DNA of 64,000 bases from Tahibacter sp. GTDB lineage: Bacteria; Pseudomonadota; Gammaproteobacteria; Xanthomonadales; Rhodanobacteraceae. Position numbers and translations under genes: made by a program. Location: contig JBDTLV010000015.1 of the NCBI GenBank assembly GCA_039934615.1, forward strand, positions 1,151 to 65,150. Reading direction: 5' to 3'. The notes below the pieces were generated by a model. The model searched no databases. It was not told where the DNA came from and saw nothing but the letters and a program-made list of their open reading frames with translations. This document shows positions 10,876-22,361 of this stretch, one piece after another (position 1 is the stretch's first letter; every line of letters starts with the position of its first letter).

Positions 10876-12288
10876 ATGCCACGCAAAGAACACGCCGATA
10901 TCGCCGCAGGACGACTGTCCGCCGCCGCGCTCGCGCACAATTTCGACGACGTATCGCCGCCGCTGGACCGGCAGGGTGCTTTGCTCGCCGCACAGCGTTG
11001 CTACTACTGCTACGACGCGCCCTGCATCCAGGCATGTCCAACCGGCATCGACATTCCCAGTTTCATCAAGCGGGTCAGCACCGACAATCTCAAGGGGGCG
11101 GCGCTGGATATCCTCGGCGCGAACATCCTGGGCGGCATTTGCGCGCGGGTTTGTCCGACTGAAATCCTCTGCGAAGGCGCCTGCGTGCGCAATCACGACG
11201 CCGCCGAACCGGTCGCGATCGGTGCGCTGCAACGCTATTCCACGGATTGGGTATTTGAGGAAAATGCTGCATTGTTTCAGCGTGGGCCGGAAACCGGCCG
11301 GCGCGTCGCGGTGGTCGGTGCGGGGCCTGCGGGACTCTCCTGCGCCCACGCGCTGGCCCGTGCCGGGCACGCCGTTACGGTGTTCGACCAGCAGGACAAG
11401 TCGGGCGGTCTCAACGAGTACGGCATCGCCGCCTATAAGGTGCTGGATTTTGCCGCGCGCGAAGTGGAATGGCTGCTGTCGATCGGCGGCATCGAGGTGC
11501 GCTGCGGCGAATCGCTCGGCGAAAATCTCAGCCTCGCCGGTCTGCGAGCGGAGTTCGATGCGGTCTTCCTCGGCATGGGCCTGACGGGTGTGAACGCCCT
11601 GGGTGTGGAAGGCGAGGCGTTGCGCGGCGTGCGCAACGCGGTTGATTTCATCGCCGAGCTGCGTCAATGCGATGATCTGAACCGCCTGTCGGTCGGGCGC
11701 CGCGTCGTGGTGATTGGCGGCGGCAATACCGCCATCGACGCCGCCGTGCAGAGCAAGAAGCTGGGCGCGGAATCGGTCAGTCTCGTCTACCGGCGCGGTG
11801 CGGCGACGATGAGTGCGACCGCGGCGGAACAGCAGTTCGCCAAGACCGAAGGCGTAACCGTGATCGAGTGGGCGCAACCACGGCGCGTGCTGGGCAACGA
11901 CGGCGCGGTCTCGGCCATGGAGTTCGAATACACCCAACTCGACGAACAGGGACGCCTGCTCGGCACCGGCGACGTATTGCGACTGGACGCCGACACCGTG
12001 CTCAAGGCGATCGGCCAGATGCTCGTGCCGCCGCTCGGCGGTGATCTGCAGGGCGTGACGGCGGCGGCCACCGAAACCGCCCCGGCGGAAATTCGCGAAG
12101 TGCTGGAAATTCGCAATGGACGCATTGTGGTCAATGCAGATTATGCAACTTCGTTGCCCGGCGTATGGGCCGGTGGCGACTGCGTAGGCGGCAAGGTGGA
12201 TCTGACCGTCCAGGCCGTCGAGGATGGCAAACGCGCCGCACGGGCGATTGATCGCGAATTGAACCAGCAGCGCGCGCGCGCCGCCTGA
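10876..12288 (+). CDS. preT: NAD-dependent dihydropyrimidine dehydrogenase subunit PreT (GltD-like)
   Basis: ATG 10876 has AGGAG at 10866-10870. There is an N-terminal Fe-S Cys cluster region (CYYCYDAPC...CP, CARVCP...C), then the dinucleotide folds VAVVGAGPAGLSCA and VVVIGGGNTAIDAA. Confidence 0.85.
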   Translation: MPRKEHADIAAGRLSAAALAHNFDDVSPPLDRQGALLAAQRCYYCYDAPCIQACPTGIDIPSFIKRVSTDNLKGAALDILGANILGGICARVCPTEILCEGACVRNHDAAEPVAIGALQRYSTDWVFEENAALFQRGPETGRRVAVVGAGPAGLSCAHALARAGHAVTVFDQQDKSGGLNEYGIAAYKVLDFAAREVEWLLSIGGIEVRCGESLGENLSLAGLRAEFDAVFLGMGLTGVNALGVEGEALRGVRNAVDFIAELRQCDDLNRLSVGRRVVVIGGGNTAIDAAVQSKKLGAESVSLVYRRGAATMSATAAEQQFAKTEGVTVIEWAQPRRVLGNDGAVSAMEFEYTQLDEQGRLLGTGDVLRLDADTVLKAIGQMLVPPLGGDLQGVTAAATETAPAEIREVLEIRNGRIVVNADYATSLPGVWAGGDCVGGKVDLTVQAVEDGKRAARAIDRELNQQRARAA

Positions 12289-12299
12289 CGGAGAATTTC

Positions 12300-13571
12300 A
12301 TGGCAGATCTGAACAGCAATTTCGTCGGCATCCGTTCGCCGAACCCGTTCTGGCTGGCGTCCGCGCCGCCGACCGACAAAGCGTACAACGTGATCCGGGC
12401 GTTCGAGGCTGGTTGGGGCGGCGTGGTCTGGAAGACGCTCGGCTTCGACCCGCACGTCGTCAACGTGAGTTCGCGTTACGGTGCGGTGCAGTGGAACGGC
12501 CAGCGCATCGCCGGGCTCAACAACATCGAGCTGATCACCGATCGGCCGCTCGCGATCAACCTCGCCGAAATCAGACAGGTCAAGCGCGACTGGCCCGATC
12601 GGGCCATGGTGGTTTCGCTGATGGTCCCGTGCGACGAACAATCGTGGAAGAATATACTTCCGATGGTTGAGGACACGGGTGCCGATGCGGTCGAGCTCAA
12701 TTTCGGCTGTCCACACGGCATGTCCGAACGCGGCATGGGATCGGCAGTCGGCCAGGTTCCGGAATACGTCGAACAGGTCGCGCGCTGGGTCAAGCAGTAC
12801 TGCCGGCTGCCGTGCATCGTGAAACTGACCCCGAACATCACCGACATCCGCACCTCGGCGCGCGCGGCGTTCCGCGGCGGGGCTGACGCAGTGTCGCTGA
12901 TCAATACGATCAACTCGATCGTCTCGGTCGATCTGGATCTGATGGCGCCGACCCCGACCGTGGATGGCAAAGGCACCCACGGCGGTTACTGCGGCCCGGC
13001 GGTGAAGCCGATCGCGTTGAACATGGTCGCCGAAATTGCACGCGACGTGGAAACTCCGGGCCTGCCGATCTCCGCGATCGGCGGCATTGGCACCTGGCGC
13101 GACGCCGCCGAATTCATCGCTCTCGGTGCGGGCAATGTGCAGGTGTGTACCGCCGCGATGCATTACGGTTTCCGTATTGTCGATGACATGATTTCAGGCC
13201 TGTCGCACTGGATGGACAGCAAAGGCTATCGGACCATCGAGGATTTCCGCGCACGCGCCGTGCCGAACGTCACCGACTGGAAATTCCTCAATCTCAAGTA
13301 CGACATCAAGGCGCTGATCGACCAGGATAAATGTATCCAGTGCGGACTTTGCCACATCGCCTGCGAAGATACCGCGCATCAGGCGATCACGCGGGAGAAG
13401 GACGGCAAGCGGCACTTCGAAGTGATCAACCACGAGTGTGTCGGTTGCAACCTGTGCATGCACGTCTGTCCGGTCGACAACTGCATCAGCATGCAACGCG
13501 TCGACGATGGCGGTTACGCGAACTGGACCACGCATCCGAATAATCCGGGGCGGGTGGCGGAGCCGGTTTAG
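12300..13571 (+). CDS. preA: dihydropyrimidine dehydrogenase subunit PreA (DHODH-like plus 2x[4Fe-4S])
   Basis: ATG 12300 has GGAG upstream and lies 11 nt after preT. It has a dihydroorotate dehydrogenase-like TIM barrel (ELNFGCPHGM, LINTINS, GGYCGPAVKPIAL). The C-terminal ferredoxin motifs are CIQCGLCHIAC and CVGCNLCMHVCP. Confidence 0.9.
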   Translation: MADLNSNFVGIRSPNPFWLASAPPTDKAYNVIRAFEAGWGGVVWKTLGFDPHVVNVSSRYGAVQWNGQRIAGLNNIELITDRPLAINLAEIRQVKRDWPDRAMVVSLMVPCDEQSWKNILPMVEDTGADAVELNFGCPHGMSERGMGSAVGQVPEYVEQVARWVKQYCRLPCIVKLTPNITDIRTSARAAFRGGADAVSLINTINSIVSVDLDLMAPTPTVDGKGTHGGYCGPAVKPIALNMVAEIARDVETPGLPISAIGGIGTWRDAAEFIALGAGNVQVCTAAMHYGFRIVDDMISGLSHWMDSKGYRTIEDFRARAVPNVTDWKFLNLKYDIKALIDQDKCIQCGLCHIACEDTAHQAITREKDGKRHFEVINHECVGCNLCMHVCPVDNCISMQRVDDGGYANWTTHPNNPGRVAEPV

Positions 13572-13663
13572 ATTCACACGGGTCGCGAAGACCAGCTCCC
13601 TGCTCGTCATCGCCCGCGATGGCGGAACGGGTTTCACACAACGCATCGGGGGATGATCGTCGG

Positions 13664-15121
13664 ATGAGTGCAGAAATCAGGGAACAAGGCGCGCTCTACA
13701 ACGCCGATCTTGCGCCGACCACACCGGCCCAACGAACCTGGACCTGGTATCACTACGCCGCGCTGTGGGTCGGCATGGTGATGTGCATTCCGTCCTATAC
13801 GCTTGCCGCGGGCCTGATCGACCAAGGCATGTCGCCGTGGCAGGCGGTGGCGACGGTACTGCTCGGCAACGCCATCGTGCTGGTGCCGATGTTGCTGATC
13901 GGTCATGCCGGCGCGAAATACGGCATTCCGTACGCCGTGCTGGTGCGCTCGTCGTTTGGCACGCAGGGCGCAAAACTGCCCGCCCTACTGCGCGCCATCG
14001 TGGCCTGCGGCTGGTACGGCATCCAGACCTGGTTCGGCGGACTCGCGATCTACACCCTGGTGAACATTCTGACCGGCAATGCCTTGCACGCGGATCCGCT
14101 GCCCTGGCTCGGCATCAACCTCGCGCAGCTGCTTTGTTTTGTGGCATTCTGGACATTGCAACTGTATTTCGTTGTGCACGGTACCGAATCGATCCGCTGG
14201 CTGGAGTCGATTTCCGCGCCGGTCAAGATCGTGATGTGCCTGGTGCTGGTCGCATGGGCGCTCAATCACGCCGGCGGCTTCGGCGCCATGATGTCGACGC
14301 CTTCCCAATTCGTCGACGGCGGCGCGAAGGCCGGGCAGTTCTGGGCCGTATTCTGGCCGTCGTTGACCGCGATGGTCGGATTCTGGGCAACCCTGGCGCT
14401 GAACATTCCCGACTTCACCCGATTCGCCCGTTCGCAACGTGACCAGTTGCTCGGCCAGACGATCGGATTGCCGATCCCGATGGCCTTGCTCGCATTGATG
14501 AGCGTGATCGTCACATCGGCCACCGTCGTGATCTATGGCAAGGCGATCTGGGATCCCGTCGATCTCTCGGGTCGCTTTACGGGTCTCGGCGTTGGCGTCG
14601 CGCTGCTCGTGCTGACCCTGGACACGATGTGCTGCAATCTCGCGGCCAACCTGGTCGGTCCGGCCTATGATTTCGCCAGCCTGTCACCGCGCCGCATCAG
14701 CTACCGCATCGGTGGACTGATCACGGCCGGCATTGCGCTGCTCGCGATGCCGTGGAAAATACTCGCCAGTACACAAGGTTACATATTCACCTGGCTGGTC
14801 GGCTATTCGGCGCTACTCGGACCGGTCGCCGGCATCATGCTCGTCGACTACTACTTCCTGCGTGGCATGAAACTCGATACCCAGGCCTTGTTCGCCGAGC
14901 GTGGCGAATATGCCTATCGCGGTGGCTGGAACCCCGCTGCGGTCATCGCGCTGCTTTGCGGCGTGCTGCCGAATCTGCCGGGCTTCCTGAATGCGGCATT
15001 CCCGGCGAGCTTTGGCGGCGTGCCGGAATTCTTCAAGATCCTGTACACCTATGCCTGGTTTGCCGGGCTGGGGATTTCGGCATCGGTGTATGCGCTGCTG
15101 ATGCGCCTTGCCCGGCGCTGA
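13664..15121 (+). CDS. NCS1-family nucleobase:cation symporter (cytosine/uracil/allantoin permease type)
   Basis: ORF 13619 trimmed to ATG 13664. It has about 12 hydrophobic helices. The N-terminal YNADLAPT..QRTW motif is typical of NCS1 permeases. Context is the pyrimidine catabolic cluster. Confidence 0.85.
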   Translation: MSAEIREQGALYNADLAPTTPAQRTWTWYHYAALWVGMVMCIPSYTLAAGLIDQGMSPWQAVATVLLGNAIVLVPMLLIGHAGAKYGIPYAVLVRSSFGTQGAKLPALLRAIVACGWYGIQTWFGGLAIYTLVNILTGNALHADPLPWLGINLAQLLCFVAFWTLQLYFVVHGTESIRWLESISAPVKIVMCLVLVAWALNHAGGFGAMMSTPSQFVDGGAKAGQFWAVFWPSLTAMVGFWATLALNIPDFTRFARSQRDQLLGQTIGLPIPMALLALMSVIVTSATVVIYGKAIWDPVDLSGRFTGLGVGVALLVLTLDTMCCNLAANLVGPAYDFASLSPRRISYRIGGLITAGIALLAMPWKILASTQGYIFTWLVGYSALLGPVAGIMLVDYYFLRGMKLDTQALFAERGEYAYRGGWNPAAVIALLCGVLPNLPGFLNAAFPASFGGVPEFFKILYTYAWFAGLGISASVYALLMRLARR

Positions 15122-15379
15122 AATCAGGCGTCGGCAAGATGATCCGCAACGCCCGACCTTCAGCGCGGCGGACCCTGAATGCCAAGCTGCGCAGGACACA
15201 CGGCGTACCCTCGATCGAGCCAGCTCGCGCGGGACAACCGAGCCTTCGAAACTCGTTCGTTGCGCACCCGACGCGCGTTGTGCGTTTTCAAGCCGTTGGC
15301 GTAGCGTGCAATCCGCTGCGCCCGTGCGCCAAATTCTGTTTTAATCGTCGGCATTGAAATCCATAGCTTCCGGAGCTGA

Positions 15380-16801
<1,422 letters not shown>

Positions 16802-17082
16802 AACTCAAGTGGTGGGTAGCAACGCCGACAATCGGGCGTTTAGCGCAATCTGCGACCTCAACTGGTCAGGCAATGTCTCTCCGCTATGACCGGCGCGCGA
16901 GTTACCGAGCCACGGGCGATTGGCGCCGCACCAATCACCCGTCGATACCTCAGGGCGAATGGTGCGGGTTTTCGGGAATTGTCCACAAAAACTCCATACG
17001 TTCGTGGTGAGGTATCGAACCATGAACGGCACGCGGGGTCAGGGAATCTCGTTTGTATACAGAGTCTCGGACCCTGTTGGGA

Positions 17083-19788
17083 TCATTCGAACCGATCCGT
17101 GAACAACCGATCCACCGCCGGACAGCCCGCGTTGTAGCTGTTCTGATACGCCGTCTGGTCGGCAGGCGTGATGGTCGGCAAGCCATTGACGCCCAGTGAA
17201 TGGTCGACATTCGCGCGCACCTGATTCGCGTTGTATGCGGCAATGAAGGCGGCGAGGTCGTTTGAATCGAGCACATGGTCCGCGTTGAAGTCGGCGCGAC
17301 AGAAGCCCTCCGGTATCGACGCCGCATTGTCAGGGTGCGCGGCGTTGTCGCGTTCGTCACGATCGAAATAGCCGTCGCCATCGCGGTCGACGCCCATGCG
17401 GTACTGCGTTCCCGCTGGCACGACCGTGAAGGTCAACGGATCGGCCGCGGTCGCCGCGGTGCGCAGCGTAGTCGGTGTGGCCGGTGAATTCTCGCGATCG
17501 GACAGCATCACGCCCTGCGTTGCGTACACAAAGCCGCGTGTTGCATTTTGTGCGACCAGTCCGACGCTGCCGGCATCGGCTTGCGCAATGTAGGCGTTGA
17601 GCCTCGCGATCAATGTGGCGTCCGAATTGTTGCTGCCATTGAACTGGATCTGCTTGCCGACGGTGGCGACCGTATCGGTATCAAAGCTCAGCATGAACGC
17701 TTCGACATCGCGACGTGCCTGCGGCGCCGTGGCCGGAGGGCCGAAGTTGAAACCGGCCAGCAGCAGCGCGCCGAGGCTGTCGAACTCCGAATCGCTGTTG
17801 AAGCCAAAACCGCGCAGATTGGTCTGACTGGTCTTGGACCAGCCGACCTTGTCCCACATTCCGCGCAGCTGTACCGCTTTTGTCGGCTGCGGGGCCAAAG
17901 GCAATTGTGGATTATCCACAATATCGCTGGTGCCGAGCGGCAACGCATGACAGACCGTGCAGGGTCCGCCGCCGAGCACCGGCTGGGTCTGGAAGATGTT
18001 GCGGCCATTGGCCGGATTGCCGGTGCCACCCGTGACCGCGATGTTCGCCGGCAGGCTGCCATCGGCGTTGTGATTGGGATTCGGCGCGTAGGCGACCTGT
18101 TTGACAAAGTCTTCGAATTTCAGCATGTCGGCCGGGCTGGGCTCGCTGTCGCGGCCCTGCAGGCTGACATAGGCGGGCGCAAAGGCGGCCAGATTTTCCT
18201 TGTCGCCGCGCCAATGCATCGCGCCGGCCGGCACGATCGCCTGCAGGTTCTGGGTCAGCATCGGCCCCTTCATCGGATGCCACACGCCGCAGCTCTGGCC
18301 GGGCGGGCAGGGCAGGTTGACAGCCTTGAGCGAACCCTGCGGATTACCCAAATCCCATTCAAGAAAATCGGATTTTGCGTCGATGTGGCAACTGGCGCAG
18401 GCGATCTGGCCAAGGCCGCTGCCGGCGTGGGTGTCGTACAGCAGAGGACGGCCCTGCTTGATCGCCAACGGCGTCGGATCGAAGAACGTGGTGCGGCCGA
18501 TTTCCGTCTGGGTGCCCGTGTCGATGCGCGAAATGCTCGCGTCAAAGCGGTTCAGCACATACAGGCGTGACCCGGCCGCGTTCAGGGCCAGTCCGGTCGG
18601 GCCCTGACCGACATCAATGCGCGCCGAGCGCACACCGCTGGCGTCCGTCACGACGACGTTGTTCGATCCCATGCCAGAGACGAAGGCACGGCCATCCGCC
18701 GGATGCCATACGATGCCGCGCGGATCGCCGATCGATTGGTCGCGCACGTTTTGCGGCACGCTGCGCACGGAGTAGTCGAGGTGCGGGTTCAGATCGGCAA
18801 CCTGGGTGGCAGCCGGACTCGCAGGATCGAAGGAGCCGATCTGAACCCGCATAAAGATACTTTGCACTTTCGGTTCGAAGCGCATCTGATTGAGCGCCTC
18901 GGTGCCCACCGCCGCGACGCGCCCATCCGGCTTGACGCCGAGGGCCATGACGGTGGTCATCAGACGGTCCGCGTAGCTGACGGTGAGTGTGGTGGCATCG
19001 ATCAGCGCGACGTCGTGATCCAGCACGTTCCAAGTCACCAGATTCGACCAATTGCGATTGTTGCCGTCCAGCCACTGCCCCGCTGCGCTGCGTCGCACGA
19101 TCTGCGCTACGCGCGGTGGTGCGCCATTCGCGCCAACCAGCTGTGGCGGATCAAAGGCGATGCCGCTGTTCGGCGGCGGATTCTGGCCACCATACGGGCC
19201 ATTCGGATTCGAGACGCCGGGAATGTCCACAATGCTGCTGGCATTGCCGGATTCGAAGAATCCGACATACACGCGACCGCCGTCGGGCGAGGTGGCGAGC
19301 GCGCGCGGGCGGCGCCCGAGCAGCGTGATCACGCTCGGCGCCGCGGTCAGATCCGCCGGATCGAAGCGCTTGACCTGATTGGCCTCGGCGATGCTGACAA
19401 ACGCGCGTTGTGGATTACCCGCAAATACCACATCGCCCGGTTCATCGCCGACATCGAGCGTGCGCGATACGCGCAGGGCCGACAGGTCAACGATGCTGAG
19501 ATTGTCCGACAAGGCGTTCACGACCCAGGCTTCGCCATTGCCTCGCGCACGCACGCTGACCGGTTCAACGCCGACCGGAATCGACGCGATGGGTACCAGA
19601 CTGCCGTCGCCACTGACAGTGAACACTTCAAGGCGCTGGTCGGCGGTGTTGACTGCGAGCAGGCGAGTGCCATCCGGCGTGAGTTCCAGCGGATGGACCT
19701 GTGCGCTCTCCCAGTCGACCACGCGGTTCTGCGCCGTGGCATTGATCACCACCAGCATGCCCAGAAAAAAGCAAAGTCCCGTTCTCAT
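17083..19788 (-). CDS. secreted multidomain protein: beta-propeller repeats, di-heme cytochrome c peroxidase-like module and C-terminal Ca-binding/dockerin-like tail
   Basis: ORF 17083..19905 trimmed to MRTGLCFFLGMLVVINATAQ (signal peptide). It has repeated YVTN/YncE-like strand motifs (LAVNTADQRLEVF, VVNALSDNLSIVD, YVLNRFDASISRID). There are two CXXCH motifs: CASCH (18385-18399) and CTVCH (17947-17961), about 150 aa apart. The C-terminus contains DRDGDGYFDRDERDN and ADFNADHVLDSNDLAAFIAAYN...NAGC. Confidence 0.75.
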   Translation of the reverse strand: MRTGLCFFLGMLVVINATAQNRVVDWESAQVHPLELTPDGTRLLAVNTADQRLEVFTVSGDGSLVPIASIPVGVEPVSVRARGNGEAWVVNALSDNLSIVDLSALRVSRTLDVGDEPGDVVFAGNPQRAFVSIAEANQVKRFDPADLTAAPSVITLLGRRPRALATSPDGGRVYVGFFESGNASSIVDIPGVSNPNGPYGGQNPPPNSGIAFDPPQLVGANGAPPRVAQIVRRSAAGQWLDGNNRNWSNLVTWNVLDHDVALIDATTLTVSYADRLMTTVMALGVKPDGRVAAVGTEALNQMRFEPKVQSIFMRVQIGSFDPASPAATQVADLNPHLDYSVRSVPQNVRDQSIGDPRGIVWHPADGRAFVSGMGSNNVVVTDASGVRSARIDVGQGPTGLALNAAGSRLYVLNRFDASISRIDTGTQTEIGRTTFFDPTPLAIKQGRPLLYDTHAGSGLGQIACASCHIDAKSDFLEWDLGNPQGSLKAVNLPCPPGQSCGVWHPMKGPMLTQNLQAIVPAGAMHWRGDKENLAAFAPAYVSLQGRDSEPSPADMLKFEDFVKQVAYAPNPNHNADGSLPANIAVTGGTGNPANGRNIFQTQPVLGGGPCTVCHALPLGTSDIVDNPQLPLAPQPTKAVQLRGMWDKVGWSKTSQTNLRGFGFNSDSEFDSLGALLLAGFNFGPPATAPQARRDVEAFMLSFDTDTVATVGKQIQFNGSNNSDATLIARLNAYIAQADAGSVGLVAQNATRGFVYATQGVMLSDRENSPATPTTLRTAATAADPLTFTVVPAGTQYRMGVDRDGDGYFDRDERDNAAHPDNAASIPEGFCRADFNADHVLDSNDLAAFIAAYNANQVRANVDHSLGVNGLPTITPADQTAYQNSYNAGCPAVDRLFTDRFE

Positions 19789-19946
19789 CGTCGTTCCCCG
19801 AGTCGCCTGAGGCACAGACTGACGCCCCAATAAGGAAGCAATGCGCAGAGATTGTGGAGATTCGTCAACGGCGACAATCGTGAAGAAATTGCGGAACTTC
19901 GGCATCGCCGGTTCCCCGCCAGGCGCGCAATCGCTACTGTGTCGAC

Positions 19947-21500
19947 GTGCGCCTCCGTCTTTGGCATCGCCTGTTCCTGCTCAACGCCGTACTCATCGTC
20001 GCGGCGCTGGTTGGCGTGCTGTTGGTCCAACAGCAGGCATTCCGCCGCGGCCTGCTGGACTACCTCAATGCGCTGGATCGGCAGCATGCGAATGCCATCG
20101 CCGGCGCGCTGGCGGCGCATTATCGCGAGGTTGGCGACTGGGAAGCACTGCGGCATCGGCCGGCCGTCTGGCTGCGCCTGGTGGGGGCCGGTCTGAACGG
20201 CGACGGACCACCGCCGGACGACGACCGGCAACCACCGCGCGATCCGCCGCCGCCGGCCGATGATCCGCCACCGCCCCGCGACGAATTCGATCCGAGGTCC
20301 GACCCGCGCCCTGATCCGAGGCCTGATCAGCGACTCGATCCGCGCCGCCAGCGACCACGACCGCCGCCGCTCGCGGAACGTCCGCCGCCACCGCGCCGCG
20401 CGGGCGGCCTGGACTTGCCGGCGCGTCTTGTTCTACTGGATTTGCAGAATGCGCATGTCGCCGGTGCCGCAGATCCCGGGCAGACCGACTTCGATCTGCC
20501 GATCATCGTCGCCGGCAATATCGTCGGTCACTTGAAACTGATGCCTTTGCCGCGTTTGCGCGGAGAGGACAATGTTGCGTTTGTGCAGAATCAGGCGTGG
20601 ATCGCCGTTGCCGCCGGCGCGGTGGCCCTGATCCTCGCCTTGCTCGCGTCGGTCGCGTTCGGTGCGCGTCTGCTCGCGCCACTGCGCCGCGTCACCGAAG
20701 GCGCGCGGCGCCTCGCGGCGGGCGACTACGCCGCGCGTGTGGCGGTGCAGGGCGGCGAAATCGGCGCGCTGGCGCATGATTTCAATCGACTGGCCCTCGC
20801 GCTGGAGCAGGCCAGTCAGGCGCGGCGCCAATGGATCGCCGACATTTCGCATGAGTTGCGCACGCCGCTGGCCATCCTGCGCGGTGAGATCCATGCGCTG
20901 GAAGACGGCGTACGGCCTTACACGCCCGCGGCGATTGCATCCTTGCGCGTGGAGACCGAACGACTGACTGCGCTGGTCGACGATCTCTACCAACTGGCTC
21001 TTGCCGACGTCGGTGCCCTGGCCTTCCACTTCGAATCCCTCGACCTGGCGGCCCTTTTGCGCGATTGCGCGGATGTCAACAATGCGGCATTGCGCGAGCA
21101 GGGTCTGGACCTGGAACTGTCGCTGCCGTCTGGCCCCATGCCGATCCAGGCAGACCCACAACGACTGGCCCAGCTCTGTGGCAATCTGTTCGCCAATGCG
21201 GCGCGCTACAGCGATGCTGGCGGAAGGATCCGCATCCAGGCGCAGCGTCTCGGAGACTCGTGGCAGGTGCATTTCGACGACACGCCGCCGGGCGTTCCCG
21301 ATGCCGATCTGTCGCATCTGTTCGAACGCTTGTTCCGCAGCGAAGGATCGCGCAATCGCGCCAGTGGCGGTGCCGGGCTGGGTCTGGCAATCTGTAAAAG
21401 TATTGTTGTTGCGCATGGCGGCACGATTCTCGCGTCGCCTTCGCCGCTGGGTGGACTGCGCATCAGCGTACGCCTGCCCTGTGCCGGAGATGCCGCATGA
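19947..21500 (+). CDS. BaeS/CpxA-type sensor histidine kinase with Pro/Asp/Arg-rich periplasmic insert
   Basis: GTG start at 19947. It has two TM segments flanking a sensor loop, a HAMP region, the H-box ISHELRTPLAIL, the N-box NLFANAARYS and the G-box GGAGLGLAICKSIV. It overlaps the downstream regulator by 4 nt (ATGA). Confidence 0.85.
   Translation: MRLRLWHRLFLLNAVLIVAALVGVLLVQQQAFRRGLLDYLNALDRQHANAIAGALAAHYREVGDWEALRHRPAVWLRLVGAGLNGDGPPPDDDRQPPRDPPPPADDPPPPRDEFDPRSDPRPDPRPDQRLDPRRQRPRPPPLAERPPPPRRAGGLDLPARLVLLDLQNAHVAGAADPGQTDFDLPIIVAGNIVGHLKLMPLPRLRGEDNVAFVQNQAWIAVAAGAVALILALLASVAFGARLLAPLRRVTEGARRLAAGDYAARVAVQGGEIGALAHDFNRLALALEQASQARRQWIADISHELRTPLAILRGEIHALEDGVRPYTPAAIASLRVETERLTALVDDLYQLALADVGALAFHFESLDLAALLRDCADVNNAALREQGLDLELSLPSGPMPIQADPQRLAQLCGNLFANAARYSDAGGRIRIQAQRLGDSWQVHFDDTPPGVPDADLSHLFERLFRSEGSRNRASGGAGLGLAICKSIVVAHGGTILASPSPLGGLRISVRLPCAGDAA
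20199..20400 (+). repeat. low-complexity Pro/Asp/Arg-rich coding tract inside the kinase sensor loop
   Basis: Translates to GDGPPPDDDRQPPRDPPPPADDPPPPRDEFDPRSDPRPDPRPDQRLDPRRQRPRPPPLAERPPPPRR. At the DNA level it is imperfect gatccg/ccgccg-type reiteration, not a clean tandem repeat. Confidence 0.7.
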
Positions 21501-22180
21501 GCCAGCAGCGCATTCTGATCGTCGAAGACGAGCCGAAGATTGCCGCATTGCTGCGCGACTATCTGTTCGCGGATGGTTTCCTGGTCGAGCATCTGGACCG
21601 TGGCGATGCCGCGGTCGCGTGGATCGCCGAGCACGCGCCGGACCTGGTCATCCTGGATCTGATGCTGCCCGGCGTTGATGGGCTCAGCGTGTGCCGGGAA
21701 CTGCGCAAGTTCTCCACCGTTCCGGTGATCATGCTGACTGCGCGCATCGAAGAGATCGATCGCCTGCTCGGACTGGAACTCGGCGCCGACGACTACGTGT
21801 GCAAGCCGTTCAGTCCACGCGAAGTTGTAGCCCGCGTGCGTGCGCAGTTGCGACGTGCGCACGCTTGGCAGAGCGGCATCGCGGCGAAGCCCGATTTCGA
21901 GCTGGTGGCCGAGCGTTTCGAGGCGCGAGTGCGGGGCGTGCGCCTGACCCTGACACCGGTCGAGTTCCGCCTGCTGCAGGTCCTGCTGGAACGTCCCGGT
22001 CGGGTGCATTCACGCAATCAGCTGCTCGACGTGATCTACGCCGATCATCGTGTCGTCAGCGACCGAACGGTGGACAGCCATGTAAAAAACCTGCGTCGCA
22101 AGATTTCTGACGCGACCCCGGGATACGACCCGATTCAGTCCATTTATGGCGTTGGCTACAAATTCGACGAAACCGTGTAG
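21497..22180 (+). CDS. OmpR/PhoB-family response regulator (BaeR/CpxR-like)
   Basis: 227 aa. The receiver is ILIVEDEP...DLVILDLMLPGVDG...KPFSPREV. The winged-helix output is LTPVEFRLLQVL...YGVGYKF. Confidence 0.9.
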   Translation: MSQQRILIVEDEPKIAALLRDYLFADGFLVEHLDRGDAAVAWIAEHAPDLVILDLMLPGVDGLSVCRELRKFSTVPVIMLTARIEEIDRLLGLELGADDYVCKPFSPREVVARVRAQLRRAHAWQSGIAAKPDFELVAERFEARVRGVRLTLTPVEFRLLQVLLERPGRVHSRNQLLDVIYADHRVVSDRTVDSHVKNLRRKISDATPGYDPIQSIYGVGYKFDETV

Positions 22181-22361
22181 CCACGGATTCCGTACTGCCG
22201 CAAGACCGACGTGATGGGAATTGGGTGGCCTCGATGCCCGCGCCACACGCGCCACGTCGGTCGAACGTGCCCTCGACGATCGTACTGGCAACAAGCTCTC
22301 CCGCGTCCGGTGGTCGAAGCGCTCCGCTGGATCGCATGCCGATCAGGGGGCGCGCCCTGTC

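Noticed and set aside
9323-11041. 572-aa minus-strand ORF spanning the amidohydrolase gene, the spacer and the start of preT.
   Set aside because: It is antisense to two well-supported genes and runs across an intergenic palindromic element. Its Arg/Ala/Gly/His-rich composition is typical of out-of-phase frames in high-GC DNA. No motif is recognisable.
18703-19833. 376-aa plus-strand ORF, plus 17548..18570 (340 aa).
   Set aside because: Both are antisense to the beta-propeller/di-heme gene. They have no RBS and no motifs, and show the usual high-GC shadow-ORF composition.
20199-20400. Possible nucleotide-level tandem repeat (VNTR) in the kinase gene.
   Set aside because: The reiteration is imperfect and is best described as codon-level low complexity (Pro/Asp/Arg). 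No clean repeat unit could be defined.
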